Counted from the stretch's first letter, positions 1 to 10,018 are shown. The stretch: 64,000 nucleotides of DNA from Actinomycetota bacterium (GCA_021324595.1 JAJPIV010000048.1:1876-65875), one strand, 5' to 3'. Notes: generated by a model not told the origin, from the sequence alone. Translations and numbers: made by a program.

Positions 1-1383
1 AGCGCAACGGAGCTGGCCGAGGTGATCAGGGCGAGGCAGGCCTCCAGCGCCGAGGTCGTGACGGCCCACCTGCGGCGGATCGAGGCGGTGAACCCCGCGG
101 TCAACGCCGTCGTCACCGTGCTGGGCGAGCAGGCTCTCCAGGCGGCCGACGCGGCGGACCGCGCCCTTGCCGCGGGTGCCGACCTGCCGCCCTTCCACGG
201 CGTTCCGTTCACGATCAAGGACAACATCGACGTGGCCGGCACGCCGACCACCCAAGGGCTCAAGGCGCTGGCAGCGGCCTATCCGAGGCGGGACGCCCCG
301 GTCGTCGAGCGGATGAAGGCCGCGGGGGCGATTCCCCTGGGCCGCACCAACCTTCCCAGCGGCGCCGTGCGCTGGCACACCGACAGTGAACTGTGGGGCG
401 CGACGGTCAACCCGTGGGATCGGACCCGGACGCCCGGCGCGTCCAGCGCCGGGGAGGCCGCCGCGATCGCGACCGGCATGAGCCCGCTGGGGCTCGGGAG
501 CGACGGGCTGGGATCGCTCCGCCACCCCGCCCAGTGCTGCGGCATCGCCGCGCTGAAGCCGACGCTCGGGCGGATCCCGCACGCCACGACGAGCGGACCG
601 GATTTCGCCGCCATCGGAATGCAACTGACGGGCGTGTACGGCCCGCTGGCACGGCGGGTCGCCGACCTTCAGGCGGCCCTCGCCGTGCTCGCCGGGCCTT
701 CCTGGCGCGATCCCTGGACCGTGCCGGCGCCGCTGCGCGGGCCGGAGCGTCCGGGGCCCGTCCGGGTGGCGCTCGTCGTGGACCCGGCAGGCAACGGGAC
801 AGCGCCGCAGGTGCAGGAGGGCGTCCGGAAGGCGGCGGCCGCGCTTGAGGACTCCGGCTACGTGATCGAGGAGGCCGAGCCGCCGTCGATCGAGGCTGCC
901 GCGAATGCCCTGCTGGTCATGCTCAGCACTCCCGGCATCCGGCAGGGCTGGAAGGAGTTCCTGGCCCCCCTCGCGCCGCCCGGGACACGGCAGTTCATGT
1001 CGGCGTTCTTCGAGGCGGCCGGCCATCCGGGCGCGATGGCGGCCGAGCAGAGCTTCATGACGCGGCAGTCGGTGCTGCGGGCCTGGGGCGAGTTCCAGGA
1101 GGCCCGCCCGCTGATCGTCGCACCGGTCTGCACCGAGCCCCCGTTCGAGGCGGGGACGGACCTGAACGAGGGCCGGGTGGCCGAGACGATCGGCACCATG
1201 CGGATGGCCATGGCCGTCAACGCGCTCGGGCTGCCGGCCGTGGCGCTTCCCGTCGGCGTCGCGGGCGGTCTTCCGCAAGGCGTGCAGGTGATCGGCCCCC
1301 GCTACCGGGAAGACCTGTGCCTCGGTGCCGCGGGAGCGATTGAAAGCCGGCTCGGCGTCATCACGCCGATCGATCCGAGGTGA
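1..1383 (+). CDS. Amidase (amidase-signature family), 5' end outside the window
   Basis: The frame stays open to nt 1. Motifs FTIKDNIDVAG (catalytic Lys region) and GASSAGEAAAIATG (Ser-rich signature loop). Length about 460 aa. Confidence 0.85.
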   Translation, partial: SATELAEVIRARQASSAEVVTAHLRRIEAVNPAVNAVVTVLGEQALQAADAADRALAAGADLPPFHGVPFTIKDNIDVAGTPTTQGLKALAAAYPRRDAPVVERMKAAGAIPLGRTNLPSGAVRWHTDSELWGATVNPWDRTRTPGASSAGEAAAIATGMSPLGLGSDGLGSLRHPAQCCGIAALKPTLGRIPHATTSGPDFAAIGMQLTGVYGPLARRVADLQAALAVLAGPSWRDPWTVPAPLRGPERPGPVRVALVVDPAGNGTAPQVQEGVRKAAAALEDSGYVIEEAEPPSIEAAANALLVMLSTPGIRQGWKEFLAPLAPPGTRQFMSAFFEAAGHPGAMAAEQSFMTRQSVLRAWGEFQEARPLIVAPVCTEPPFEAGTDLNEGRVAETIGTMRMAMAVNALGLPAVALPVGVAGGLPQGVQVIGPRYREDLCLGAAGAIESRLGVITPIDPR

Positions 1384-1388
1384 GGACG

Positions 1389-2789
1389 ATGAGCGGATCC
1401 ATCGACAGGCTGACCCCGCTGGACCGGCTGATGGTGGCGGTGAGCGGGCGCTGGCCGCAGGACATCGGCGCCCTCGCGGTCCTCGACGGGACGGTCCTGC
1501 TGGATCCGGCCGGCGAGCTGCGGATCGACGCCGTGCGCGAGGCGATCGCGTCCCGCCTGGACCTGGCCCCCCGGTTCCGTCAGGTCATCCGGTCCCCCGC
1601 CCGAGGGCTCGGCGGGCCGCTGTGGGTGGACGCCCCGCGCTTCGACATCCGCGACCACGTGGTCACCCGCGCCCTTCCGCCCGGGACCGGCGAGGCAGGC
1701 CTGCTCGCGGTGACGGAGGAGCTCCGGGCCCAGCGGTTCGAGCCCGCGCGCCCGCCGTGGCGGATCTGGCTCATGCCCGGGCTGCCCGGCGGGCGGGTCG
1801 CGATGTTCGTGAAGCTCCACCATGCGATGGCGGACGGCATGGCCGCGATGGCGACGATCGCGGCCTTCCTGGACGCCGATCCGGGCGCGCCGGCTCCGCC
1901 GGCCTCGCCGTGGGCAGCCACGCCCGCTCCGCCGGACCGCGACCTGCTCATCGACAACGTCAGGCGGCGGGCCCGCGCCGCGGCGCGGGCCGGGTCGGTG
2001 CTCGTTCGGCCACGGGCGGCGCTGCGGCGCGCCCGCCGGGCCTGGCCCGCGGTCCGTGAGCTCATAGCCGAGGAGCCGTCCACCCCGACGAGCCTGGACC
2101 AGATGGTCGGCCCCGCTCGCCGCCTCGCCGTGATCCGGAGCGGGCTGGGCGAGGTCAAGGCCGTCGCCCACGCGCACGGGGCGACCGTGAACGACGTGCT
2201 CCTCGCCGCTACCGCCGGGGGCCTGCGCGCCGTCCTGCGCCACCGCCGGGAACCGGTGGAGGGCGTGATAGTGCGGGCATACGTCCCGGTTTCCCTGCGG
2301 CCGCGCGCCGACGGGCCTGTGGCCGGCAACCTGATCGCGCAGATGGCGGTCCCTCTCGCCATGGACGAGGCTGCCGCCGGGGACGAGCTCCGCCGCATCG
2401 CCGCGCAGACCGCGGCGAGGAAGGCGAGGGCCCGCGCGTCCCTGGACGTGCTCATCCGAGGCTGGCTCGCGCGCCGGCTCATGCTGGCCGCGGTGATGCG
2501 CCAGCGCGTCAACGTCGCGACCGCCAGCATCCCCGGTCCGACGGTGCCGCTCCACCTCGCTGGCGCGCGGGTGCTCGAGGTGTTCCCGGTGCTGCCCCTG
2601 ATCGCGAACGAGCCGCTCGGCGTGGGCGCGCTGTCGTACGCGGGAGCGCTCACCATCGGCATCGTCGCCGACCGGGACGCCTATCCCGATCTCGATGCCT
2701 TCGTGGCCGGAGCGCGGGAACGGCTGGGCATGCTCGGCGTGCGCACCCTCCCCGTGCCCGAGCCCGCGCCGAAGGGGGCACCCGCATGA
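1389..2789 (+). CDS. Wax ester synthase / diacylglycerol acyltransferase (WS/DGAT) family
   Basis: HHAMADG matches the HHxxxDG active-site motif. ATG 1389 is preceded by GAGGTGAGGA. An alternative GTG at 1380 overlaps the amidase stop. Confidence 0.85.
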   Translation: MSGSIDRLTPLDRLMVAVSGRWPQDIGALAVLDGTVLLDPAGELRIDAVREAIASRLDLAPRFRQVIRSPARGLGGPLWVDAPRFDIRDHVVTRALPPGTGEAGLLAVTEELRAQRFEPARPPWRIWLMPGLPGGRVAMFVKLHHAMADGMAAMATIAAFLDADPGAPAPPASPWAATPAPPDRDLLIDNVRRRARAAARAGSVLVRPRAALRRARRAWPAVRELIAEEPSTPTSLDQMVGPARRLAVIRSGLGEVKAVAHAHGATVNDVLLAATAGGLRAVLRHRREPVEGVIVRAYVPVSLRPRADGPVAGNLIAQMAVPLAMDEAAAGDELRRIAAQTAARKARARASLDVLIRGWLARRLMLAAVMRQRVNVATASIPGPTVPLHLAGARVLEVFPVLPLIANEPLGVGALSYAGALTIGIVADRDAYPDLDAFVAGARERLGMLGVRTLPVPEPAPKGAPA

Positions 2790-3670
2790 CGCTCATGCCG
2801 GTCCGCGACGTCCGCCTGTTCGTCGAGGTCGTCGGGCGCGGCCACCCGCTCGCGCTGATGCACGGCGGCCCCGGCGCCGATCACTGGACGCTGCTGCCGT
2901 TCCGGCAGCTCGCGGACCAGTTCACCGTCGTCTTTTACGACCATCGCTGCAACGGGCGGTCGGCCGGGCCGCCAGTCACGTCGATGACCTGGGAGAACCT
3001 GACCGCCGACGCCGACGCGCTCCGCGAGGGGCTCGGGTTCGGGAAATGGGCGGTGCTGGGCCACTCGTTCGGGGGCAAGGTGGCCCTGGAGTACGCGCTG
3101 CGGTACCCGCAGAGCCTGTCGCACCTCATCCTGCTGGACACCGGGGGCGACAGCTGGTGGGACCAGCAGAATGCGCCGGAGCTGCTCGCCAGGCGCGGGT
3201 ACAGCCGCAGGAAGGTGGAGCTCGCGCGGCGCTGGTTCAACGGCCAGATCGCGCCCTGGGAGTTCTACCCGGCGCTCATCAGGCTCGGCCGGGCCTACGA
3301 TCCCCACACCAGCCTCGCCTCGGCGGTGCGCACGATGTTCGCGGAGCGCCGCTCAAGGGCGCGGCCGCGCGCGGAGATCTTCGGATTTCGCCACCTGACG
3401 AAGGGCTGGACGGTCATGAGCCGCCTCGGCGAGATCACGGTCCCGACGCTGGTGATGGCCGGGCGGGACGACTTCGTGTTCCCGCCCGAGCACCAGGGTC
3501 AGCTGGCGGCCGCGATCCCGAACGCGCGCCTGGAGATCATCGAGCATGCCGGGCACAACCCGCACGACGAGCAGGCGACCCTGGTCATGAAGGCGATCAG
3601 GGACTTCATGGCGACGGCCGGCCCGCCCCGCGGGCCCGCCGCGCCCGGGGAGCGCTGGGCCGCTGGCTGA
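2786..3670 (+). CDS. Alpha/beta-fold hydrolase
   Basis: GHSFGG nucleophile elbow and an HGGPG region. ATGA overlap with the upstream gene. Confidence 0.8.
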   Translation: MTLMPVRDVRLFVEVVGRGHPLALMHGGPGADHWTLLPFRQLADQFTVVFYDHRCNGRSAGPPVTSMTWENLTADADALREGLGFGKWAVLGHSFGGKVALEYALRYPQSLSHLILLDTGGDSWWDQQNAPELLARRGYSRRKVELARRWFNGQIAPWEFYPALIRLGRAYDPHTSLASAVRTMFAERRSRARPRAEIFGFRHLTKGWTVMSRLGEITVPTLVMAGRDDFVFPPEHQGQLAAAIPNARLEIIEHAGHNPHDEQATLVMKAIRDFMATAGPPRGPAAPGERWAAG

Positions 3671-3671
3671 C

Positions 3672-6107
3672 TCACTGGCCGGCGATCCCTGGCCCGGTCC
3701 CGGCGGGGGCGCCGAGCACTGGCGCGGCCCCGGGCAGCCCGGTGACGGGCTGCCCGGCGGCCGTGCGGCGGGGCGCCGGCGCCCGGCCGGGCGGCTGGCT
3801 CGGCGGCGGCCGCTGCGGCACCGGGGGGATGGGGCGCTCCTGGGGCGCGCCCTCGGCCACCCGCACCAGGTCCCCGTGGTGCATGATCTCGATCGGCTCG
3901 CCGGCGGCCAGCACGTAGCGGGCGGCATCGTGGGTCACCTCGACCCTCAGCCGCCTGCCCCGCAGCAGCACGGTGAAGGTCAGGCGGGTCAGGCCGGCCG
4001 GGAGCCGCGGGGCGAAGCTCACGTTCCCGTGGTGGATGCGCATCCCGCCGAACCCGCCGACCAGGGCGATCCAGGCGCCCGCGAGCGAGGCGATGTGCAG
4101 CCCGTCGCGGGTGTCGTTCTCCAGGTCCCGCAGGTCCATCAGGGCGGCCTCGCCCAGGTAGTCGTAGGCGAGGTTCAGGTGGCCGACCTCCGCGGCGATG
4201 ACCGCCTGGGCGCACGCCGACAGCGAGGAGTCCCGGACCGTGAGCGCTTCGTAGTACTCGAAGTTCCTCGCCTTCTGCTCCGCGCTGAACGCGCGCCCGC
4301 GCAGGTACATGGCAAGCACGAGGTCGGCCTGCTTGATCACCTGCTTGCGGTAGAGGTCGAAGTACGGGGCGTGCAGCAGCAGCGGGTACTGGTCGGGCCG
4401 GGTGGCGGCGAAGTCCCAGACCTGGTGCTTGGTGAACCGCTCGTCCTGCGAGTGGACGCCCAGCGCCTCGTCGAACGGTATGTGCATGGCCTCGGCCGCG
4501 TCGCGCCAGCTCGCCGCCTCCTCGACGCCGACCCCGAGCTCCCTGGCGCGGTCCGGGTACCGGCCGGCCGCGTCGGCCGCGGCCACCAGGTTCTGCTTGG
4601 CCATCAGGTTCGTGTAGAGGTTGTCATCGGCCAGCGCGCTGTACTCGTCCGGCCCGGTCACCCCGTCGATGTGGAACCGGCCGGCCGGGTCGTGGTGGCC
4701 GAGCGACCGCCACAGCCGCGCCGTGTGGACGAGCAGGTCGAACCCGGGGCCCCGGTCGAACTCCTCGTCCCCCGTCGCGTCGACGTAGCGGATCACCGCG
4801 TCGGCGACGTCCGCGTTGATGTGGAACGCAGCCGTCCCCGCCGGCCAGTACCCGGAGCACTCCCTGCCGGTGATGGTGCGCCACGGGAACGCGGCGCCGG
4901 ACAGGCCGAGCTGCCCGGCGCGCTCGATCGCCAGCGGCAAGGTGGCGTGGCGCCAGCGCAGCGCGCTCGCCGCCGCCTCCGGCGCGGTCATGGTGAGCAG
5001 CGGCAGCACGAACGTCTCGGCGTCCCAGAACGTGTGCCCGTCGTACCCGGTGCCGGTCAGCCCCTTCGCGGGGATCGGCCGGTTCTCCCCCCGCGCGCCC
5101 GCCTGCAGGACGTGGAACAGCCCGAACCGCACCGCCTGCTGGACCTCGGCGTCCCCCTCGACCTGCACGTCGGCACGGTCCCAGAAGTCGCCGAGGAACG
5201 CCCGCTGCTCGGCGAGCAGGCCATCCCAGGTGGTCTGCCTCGCCGCGCTGAGCGCCGCCCAGACCTGGTCCCGCATGGCGGGCATCAGGCGCTGGCTGGA
5301 CCAGCTCAGGGCCACGAACTTCACCAGGCGCAGCCGCTGGCCGGGCGCGAGCGAGGCCGCCACGGTGACCATCCCGCCGTCCTCGTAGAGCCGGGCGTCG
5401 GTCAGCGTGCCCGGGGGGCCGTCGACGATGTGGTCCATCGCCGCCGCCACGCACAGCCGGCTGGCCCTGGTCCGGTGCACCAGGACCACGGACCTGTCGT
5501 CCTTGGCCTGGTGCTCCATGACCAGCGGCTGGTCGAGCACCGCCGCCCGCCGCGGGTCGCCGTCCGGCTCCGGCATCGGCTCGTTGGCGATCAGCACGGA
5601 CTGGATGGCGATGTGCGCCGGCCCGGAGACCGGCTCCACCTCGTAGCAGATCGCGCCGATCGCGCGCTGGGTGAACGAGACCAGGCGGCCGGAGCGGACG
5701 CGCACCGCCGCGCCCGCCGGGGACACCCACTCGGCGGTGCGGGTCAGCAGGCCGGTCCGGAAGTCCAGGATCCGCTCGTGCGACCTCAGCTCGCCGTAGC
5801 GGACGTCGAACGGCTCGTCGTCGACGAACAGCCTGACGATCTTGCCGTTGGTGACGTTGACGAGCGTCTGCCCGACCTCGGGCTGGCCGTAGGCGGCCTC
5901 GGCGTAGGGCAGCGGGTGCACCTCGTGGAAGCCGTTCAGGTAGCTGCCGGGGAGCCCACGGGGGTCGCCCTCGTCGAGGCTGCCGCGCCAGCCCAGGTGG
6001 CCGTTGGAGAGCGCGAACACCGACTCCGACTGGGCGAGCAGGTCCAGGTCGAGCGAGGTCTCCCGGAGCGACCACGGCTCGACCGCGAACACGTCCTGCC
6101 GGATCAC
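3672..6107 (-). CDS. Glycoside hydrolase family 65 disaccharide phosphorylase (trehalose/maltose/kojibiose type)
   Basis: 811 aa with the GH65-like segment TGYDGHTFWDAETF. 4-nt overlap with a downstream beta-PGM gene. Pro-rich C-terminal tail of about 55 aa. Confidence 0.85.
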   Translation of the reverse strand: MIRQDVFAVEPWSLRETSLDLDLLAQSESVFALSNGHLGWRGSLDEGDPRGLPGSYLNGFHEVHPLPYAEAAYGQPEVGQTLVNVTNGKIVRLFVDDEPFDVRYGELRSHERILDFRTGLLTRTAEWVSPAGAAVRVRSGRLVSFTQRAIGAICYEVEPVSGPAHIAIQSVLIANEPMPEPDGDPRRAAVLDQPLVMEHQAKDDRSVVLVHRTRASRLCVAAAMDHIVDGPPGTLTDARLYEDGGMVTVAASLAPGQRLRLVKFVALSWSSQRLMPAMRDQVWAALSAARQTTWDGLLAEQRAFLGDFWDRADVQVEGDAEVQQAVRFGLFHVLQAGARGENRPIPAKGLTGTGYDGHTFWDAETFVLPLLTMTAPEAAASALRWRHATLPLAIERAGQLGLSGAAFPWRTITGRECSGYWPAGTAAFHINADVADAVIRYVDATGDEEFDRGPGFDLLVHTARLWRSLGHHDPAGRFHIDGVTGPDEYSALADDNLYTNLMAKQNLVAAADAAGRYPDRARELGVGVEEAASWRDAAEAMHIPFDEALGVHSQDERFTKHQVWDFAATRPDQYPLLLHAPYFDLYRKQVIKQADLVLAMYLRGRAFSAEQKARNFEYYEALTVRDSSLSACAQAVIAAEVGHLNLAYDYLGEAALMDLRDLENDTRDGLHIASLAGAWIALVGGFGGMRIHHGNVSFAPRLPAGLTRLTFTVLLRGRRLRVEVTHDAARYVLAAGEPIEIMHHGDLVRVAEGAPQERPIPPVPQRPPPSQPPGRAPAPRRTAAGQPVTGLPGAAPVLGAPAGTGPGIAGQ

Positions 6108-6862
6108 GGCTCCGGCCTCCCCTCGGCGAGCAGGTCCGCCAGGTCCTTCACCACCACATCCGCGCCGTGCGCGGCCAGGGCCTCGGCCTGGCCGGCGCGA
6201 TCGACGCCGACCACGAACCCGAATCCGCCGGCCCGGCCCGCCGCCACCCCGGCGAGCGCGTCCTCGAACACCGCGGCGGCGGGGGGCTCAAGGCCGAGGG
6301 CGCGCGCCCCCGCGAGGAAGGTGTCGGGCGCGGGCTTGCCGCGCAGCTTGTCCCGCTCGGCCACCGCGCCGTCGATCCGCGCCTCGAACAGGTCCTCGAT
6401 GCCGGCCGCGGCCAAGACCGCCCGGCAGTTCGCGCTGGAGGACACCACGGCACGGCGCAGCCCGGCCCGCGCGGCGGCGCGGACGTAGCGCACCGAGCCG
6501 GGATAGGCGGCGACGCCGTCCTCGCGGATCCGGCGCAGCACGATCTCGTTCTTGCGCGCGCTGAGGCCGCGGATGGTCTCGGCGCCAGGCGGGTCACCCG
6601 GGCCGCCCTCGGGGAGCTCGATGCCCCGGGACGCCAGGAACGATCGGGTGCCGTCCTCCCGCGGCCTGCCGTCCACGTAGGCGTCGTAGTCGCGCACGGG
6701 GTCGAACGGCACGAACGGCTGGCCGGTCCGCCTGGCCCGCTCGCGCAGGTAGCCGTCGAACATCTCCTTCCAGGCAGCCGCATGCACCTCGGCGGTCCTG
6801 GTCAGGACTCCGTCCAGGTCGAACAGGCATCCGCGGATCGCGCCGGGCAGCCCGAGCGCCAC
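6104..6862 (-). CDS. pgmB: Beta-phosphoglucomutase (HAD superfamily)
   Basis: HAD motif I LFDLDGVLT. Classic partner of GH65 phosphorylases. Confidence 0.85.
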   Translation of the reverse strand: MALGLPGAIRGCLFDLDGVLTRTAEVHAAAWKEMFDGYLRERARRTGQPFVPFDPVRDYDAYVDGRPREDGTRSFLASRGIELPEGGPGDPPGAETIRGLSARKNEIVLRRIREDGVAAYPGSVRYVRAAARAGLRRAVVSSSANCRAVLAAAGIEDLFEARIDGAVAERDKLRGKPAPDTFLAGARALGLEPPAAAVFEDALAGVAAGRAGGFGFVVGVDRAGQAEALAAHGADVVVKDLADLLAEGRPEP

Positions 6863-6872
6863 GCTTCCCAGC

Positions 6873-7421
6873 CTACGAGCCCGGCCGCCACCGCGCGGGC
6901 AGGGAGGCCCAGACGGCCTTGCCGCCGGAGCCGACCAGCAGCCAGCCCCAGGCGAGCGCCAGCGCCTGCACGACCTGCAGGCCCCGGCCCGACTCGGCCC
7001 CCGGGTCGCCGCAGCGCGGCACCGGGCCGACCGGGTTCTCGTCGGTGACGACGCAGACCACCCGGCTGCCGTGCCACTGCCAAGCCAGGCAGATCACACC
7101 CGGCGGTTCCCCGGGGCCGGGCGCGCCCGGCCCCGGGGAACCGCCGTGCCGCGCCGCCGGACTGCGGCCGTGCACGATCGCGTTGGTCACCAGCTCGGAG
7201 GCGACGGTCACGGCGTCCGCGGCAAGGTCCTGCAGCTGCCAGGACGCGAGCGTGCGCGCCGTGAAGCCCCGGGCGGCCCGGGGCGACTCCGGGCAGGCCC
7301 CGAGCCGGATCACGCGGTGCCGGGCGGCGGGCCCGCAGGCCAGGTCGGGCACGCACGGCAGGTCCGCCCGCCGCGGTCCGCCCGGCCCGGCCGCCCTGGC
7401 CGGGCCGGGCGCGTCCCGCAT
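6873..7421 (-). CDS. ATP-binding protein, anti-sigma-factor/SpoIIAB-like HATPase
   Basis: ASELVTNAIVHG and ESGRGLQVVQALALAWGW motifs. The 360-aa track ORF was trimmed to ATG 7421 (MRDAPGP...). Typical size is 150-180 aa. Confidence 0.75.
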   Translation of the reverse strand: MRDAPGPARAAGPGGPRRADLPCVPDLACGPAARHRVIRLGACPESPRAARGFTARTLASWQLQDLAADAVTVASELVTNAIVHGRSPAARHGGSPGPGAPGPGEPPGVICLAWQWHGSRVVCVVTDENPVGPVPRCGDPGAESGRGLQVVQALALAWGWLLVGSGGKAVWASLPARWRPGS

Positions 7422-7504
7422 CCGCGTGAATGTCACAAAGCGCCCTTCGTGGCCCTCGCCCCCGGTCCTATACGGGACCGTTCGTCCGTTACGATGCCAT
7501 TGAT

Positions 7505-7516
7505 CATGTGCACATG
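7505..7516. promoter_or_regulatory. Perfect 12-bp palindrome CATGTGCACATG in a divergent intergenic region
   Basis: Read directly from the sequence. It lies between the HATPase-like gene (start 7421, minus) and the DUF397 gene (start 7617, plus). Confidence 0.3.
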
Positions 7517-7616
7517 CAAGTGCTGTAGCACAAGCAGCGTCACCTGCGGCCACCGCCTTCCCAGGACCCCGGGAGAAGCGCCGACGGGCGAATGTTCTAG
7601 GTGAGAGGGACCGACG

Positions 7617-7856
7617 ATGGACGAAGCGAGGGCGGATGACGCCTACAACGGCATGCGGGCATCCGCGATCCGGATTGCGCGGTGGCGGAAGAGCCGGCAC
7701 AGCAACTCCAGCGGCGACTGCGTGGAGACGGCCAGCCTGCCCGCAGGCGGCATGGCGGTCCGCAACTCCCGGCACCCCGACGGCCCGGCGCTGATCTTCA
7801 CCCGGAGCGAGTGGGAGGCGTTCGTGCGCGGCGTCAGGGACGGCGAGTTCGACTGA
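7617..7856 (+). CDS. DUF397 (BldB-like) small protein
   Basis: WRKSRHSNSSGDCVE...VRNSRHPDGPALIFTRSEWEAFVRGVRDGEFD is the canonical DUF397 pattern. Confidence 0.9.
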   Translation: MDEARADDAYNGMRASAIRIARWRKSRHSNSSGDCVETASLPAGGMAVRNSRHPDGPALIFTRSEWEAFVRGVRDGEFD

Positions 7857-7981
7857 CCGCGGCCTGCCGCGCCGCGCCCGGCCCGCCGCCCCGCGCCAGG
7901 GTGGCGGGCCGCCACTACCGGGCCGCCACCGCCGGGCCGGATGACACCACCGCAATGGCGGCGCGATAGAGTGGTCCGGCG

Positions 7982-8003
7982 CGTGCCATCAACCTGTGGC
8001 ACG
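7982..8003. promoter_or_regulatory. Inverted repeat CGTGCCA-N8-TGGCACG upstream of the XRE gene
   Basis: 7-bp perfect arms read from the sequence, about 65 nt upstream of start 8069. Confidence 0.25.
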
Positions 8004-8068
8004 ACGATGGCCGCGTATGGGACACTTCGGTAGCCTGATCTCATTGGCGGCGTAAAAGGGGAGGGCGC

Positions 8069-8971
8069 ATGGTCGCAGCCGCGGACTCCGCTGAAGGTGG
8101 CGTCGTCAGCCTGGCCCACGGCGCCAGCAGCCCCACGGCGCTGCGCATCCTGCTCGGCGCCCAGCTGCGCCGCCTCCGCGAGTCCCGGCGGATCTCGCTC
8201 GAGGAGGCCGGCCGGGTGATCCGTGCCTCGCACTCCAGGATCAGCCGCCTGGAGACCGGCCGGGTCGGCTTCAAGGACCGCGACATCGTCGACCTGCTCA
8301 CCTACTACGGCGTCACCGACGAGCAGGAGCGCGAGGCGCTGCGGGCGCTGGCCAGCAGGGCGAACGCGCCCGGATGGTGGCACGACTACTCCGACATCCT
8401 GCCGCCGTGGTTCGAGGCCTACGTGGGGCTGGAGGAGGCGGCCACCCAGATCCGCACCTACCAGGTCCAGTTCATCCCCGGGCTGCTGCAGACCGGGGAC
8501 TACGCCCGGGCGGTCACGCTCCTGGACCACGCCGAGAAGCCGAGCCGCGAGATCGACCGGAGAGTCAGCCTGCGCCTGGCCCGGCAGGTCGTGCTCACCA
8601 GGCCGGACCCGCCGACCATCTGGGCGGTGCTCGACGAGGCGGTGCTGCGGCGGCCGCTCGGCGGCCCGGCCGTGATGCGCGCGCAGCTCAAGCACCTGCT
8701 CGAGCTGTCGCAGCGGCCCAACATCACCATCCAGGTGCTCCCGTTCGCCGCGAGCGCCCAGGCGACGGCGGACGGCCCGTTCAGCATCCTGCGGTTCGGC
8801 GAGGAGGACCTGCCGGACATCGTCTACATCGAGCAGCTCGCCAGCGCCCTTTACCTGGACAAGAAGGAGATCATCGACCGCTACCTGATGGTCATGGAGC
8901 GCCTGTGCATGGCCGCGGCGACGCCTGCCAACAGCGCCAAGACCATCCGCTCGGTGCTCCGGCAGATCTGA
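8069..8971 (+). CDS. XRE-family (WhiJ-like) transcriptional regulator with DUF5753-type C-terminal domain
   Basis: N-terminal HTH (LRRLRESRRISLEEAGRVIRASHSRISRLETG) and a long C-terminal domain typical of actinomycete WhiJ paralogues. RBS AAAAGGGGAGGG. Confidence 0.85.
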   Translation: MVAAADSAEGGVVSLAHGASSPTALRILLGAQLRRLRESRRISLEEAGRVIRASHSRISRLETGRVGFKDRDIVDLLTYYGVTDEQEREALRALASRANAPGWWHDYSDILPPWFEAYVGLEEAATQIRTYQVQFIPGLLQTGDYARAVTLLDHAEKPSREIDRRVSLRLARQVVLTRPDPPTIWAVLDEAVLRRPLGGPAVMRAQLKHLLELSQRPNITIQVLPFAASAQATADGPFSILRFGEEDLPDIVYIEQLASALYLDKKEIIDRYLMVMERLCMAAATPANSAKTIRSVLRQI

Positions 8972-9646
8972 GCCCGAGCGCCGCTGGGGCGCCTGCGCGG
9001 CTGGGCCCGCGGGGCTCGCCGCCCCGGCGCACGGTCCTGGCCGGCGTAATCCGCTCCGGGGACCGCCCCGGCGGGCCCTGCCGTCGCTCACGGGCGGTGC
9101 CGCCGTCGGCGCGTCCTGCCCGGGGGGCGCCCCGGGCTGACGTGGAACGCCGGGCGCCGCGGGCTTCCCGGGCGCGCCTGCGGCCTCGCGCGGCCCCGCG
9201 CCTTCCCGGGCGCCACCCTGGCCCGCCGGCGCTTCCCAGGGGCCGGCGATCCGCTGCCGCGGTGCGCCTGGCCGACCGCCCGGCAGGGCCTGCCCGCCGG
9301 GGCCGGGACCAGGCTCGCTGGGATGGACCGGATGCGCGTCCGCGTAGAAGATCATCGCGAGCCAGAAGCCGAGCGCGAGCACCGCGCCGATCGGGATCAC
9401 GATCAGCGCCAGGCCGGAACCTGCCATGGGACCGCCCCCCTTCGCCGCCAGCGGCGATGTCCCACGCATGTCCCGTTCCCCGGATCCGGCTCATGATGCG
9501 GCAGGGGACGGCGTGGCGGGAGGTGCGCGCGACAGGACGGGGCAAGGCCGGGCATGCCCGGTGATCCGGCCGGGCCTGCGCGGATGCCAGGGCCAGCCCG
9601 GCCGTGCGGATCCCGGCGGGCCCCGGCGGGCCGTGCGGGGCCGCGG

Positions 9647-9823
9647 TCAGCCGGCCCGGGCCGCCGCCTTCTGCCTGACCTCGTCGGTCGAGATGTGCGC
9701 CTTGTGCGCCGCCCGGCGGGCCTGCCGCGGGGTCAGCGCCTTGCGACCGCCCTCCAGGTAGTTGGCGATGCGCTGCTCAAGCGTCAGCGTCCCGTTGCTG
9801 GCGGCGGCCCGGCTCTTGGCCAT
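9647..9823 (-). CDS. Small basic hypothetical protein (58 aa)
   Basis: ATG 9823 is preceded by GAGGGGAACG. Sequence MAKSRAAASNGTLTLEQRIANYLEGGRKALTPRQARRAAHKAHISTDEVRQKAAARAG. I recognise no family. Confidence 0.45.
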   Translation of the reverse strand: MAKSRAAASNGTLTLEQRIANYLEGGRKALTPRQARRAAHKAHISTDEVRQKAAARAG

Positions 9824-10018
9824 CGTTCCCCTCGCGGAGCGTCGATCGGTGGGTGCGGACAGCCGGGCGGCAACAACGCGGGGCCGATCGCCCGCGGCAA
9901 GGCCCGGCACGGTCACGCTACCAGTCCGCCGGGCCGCTCGCGGACCCGCGGCCGGCGCGGCGCCCGCTCATGCCGGACGGTGCCTGCGCGCGATGCCCGC
10001 GCGGATCCGGCGCCCGGC

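Noticed and set aside
6873-7955. 360-aa version of the HATPase-like ORF, and the 688-aa, 740-aa and 818-aa fused track ORFs at 35949-38015, 11579-13801 and 24209-26665.
   Set aside because: The N-terminal extensions are low-complexity, overlap neighbouring genes, and have internal starts with an RBS or 4-nt stop-start overlaps. They were split or trimmed accordingly.
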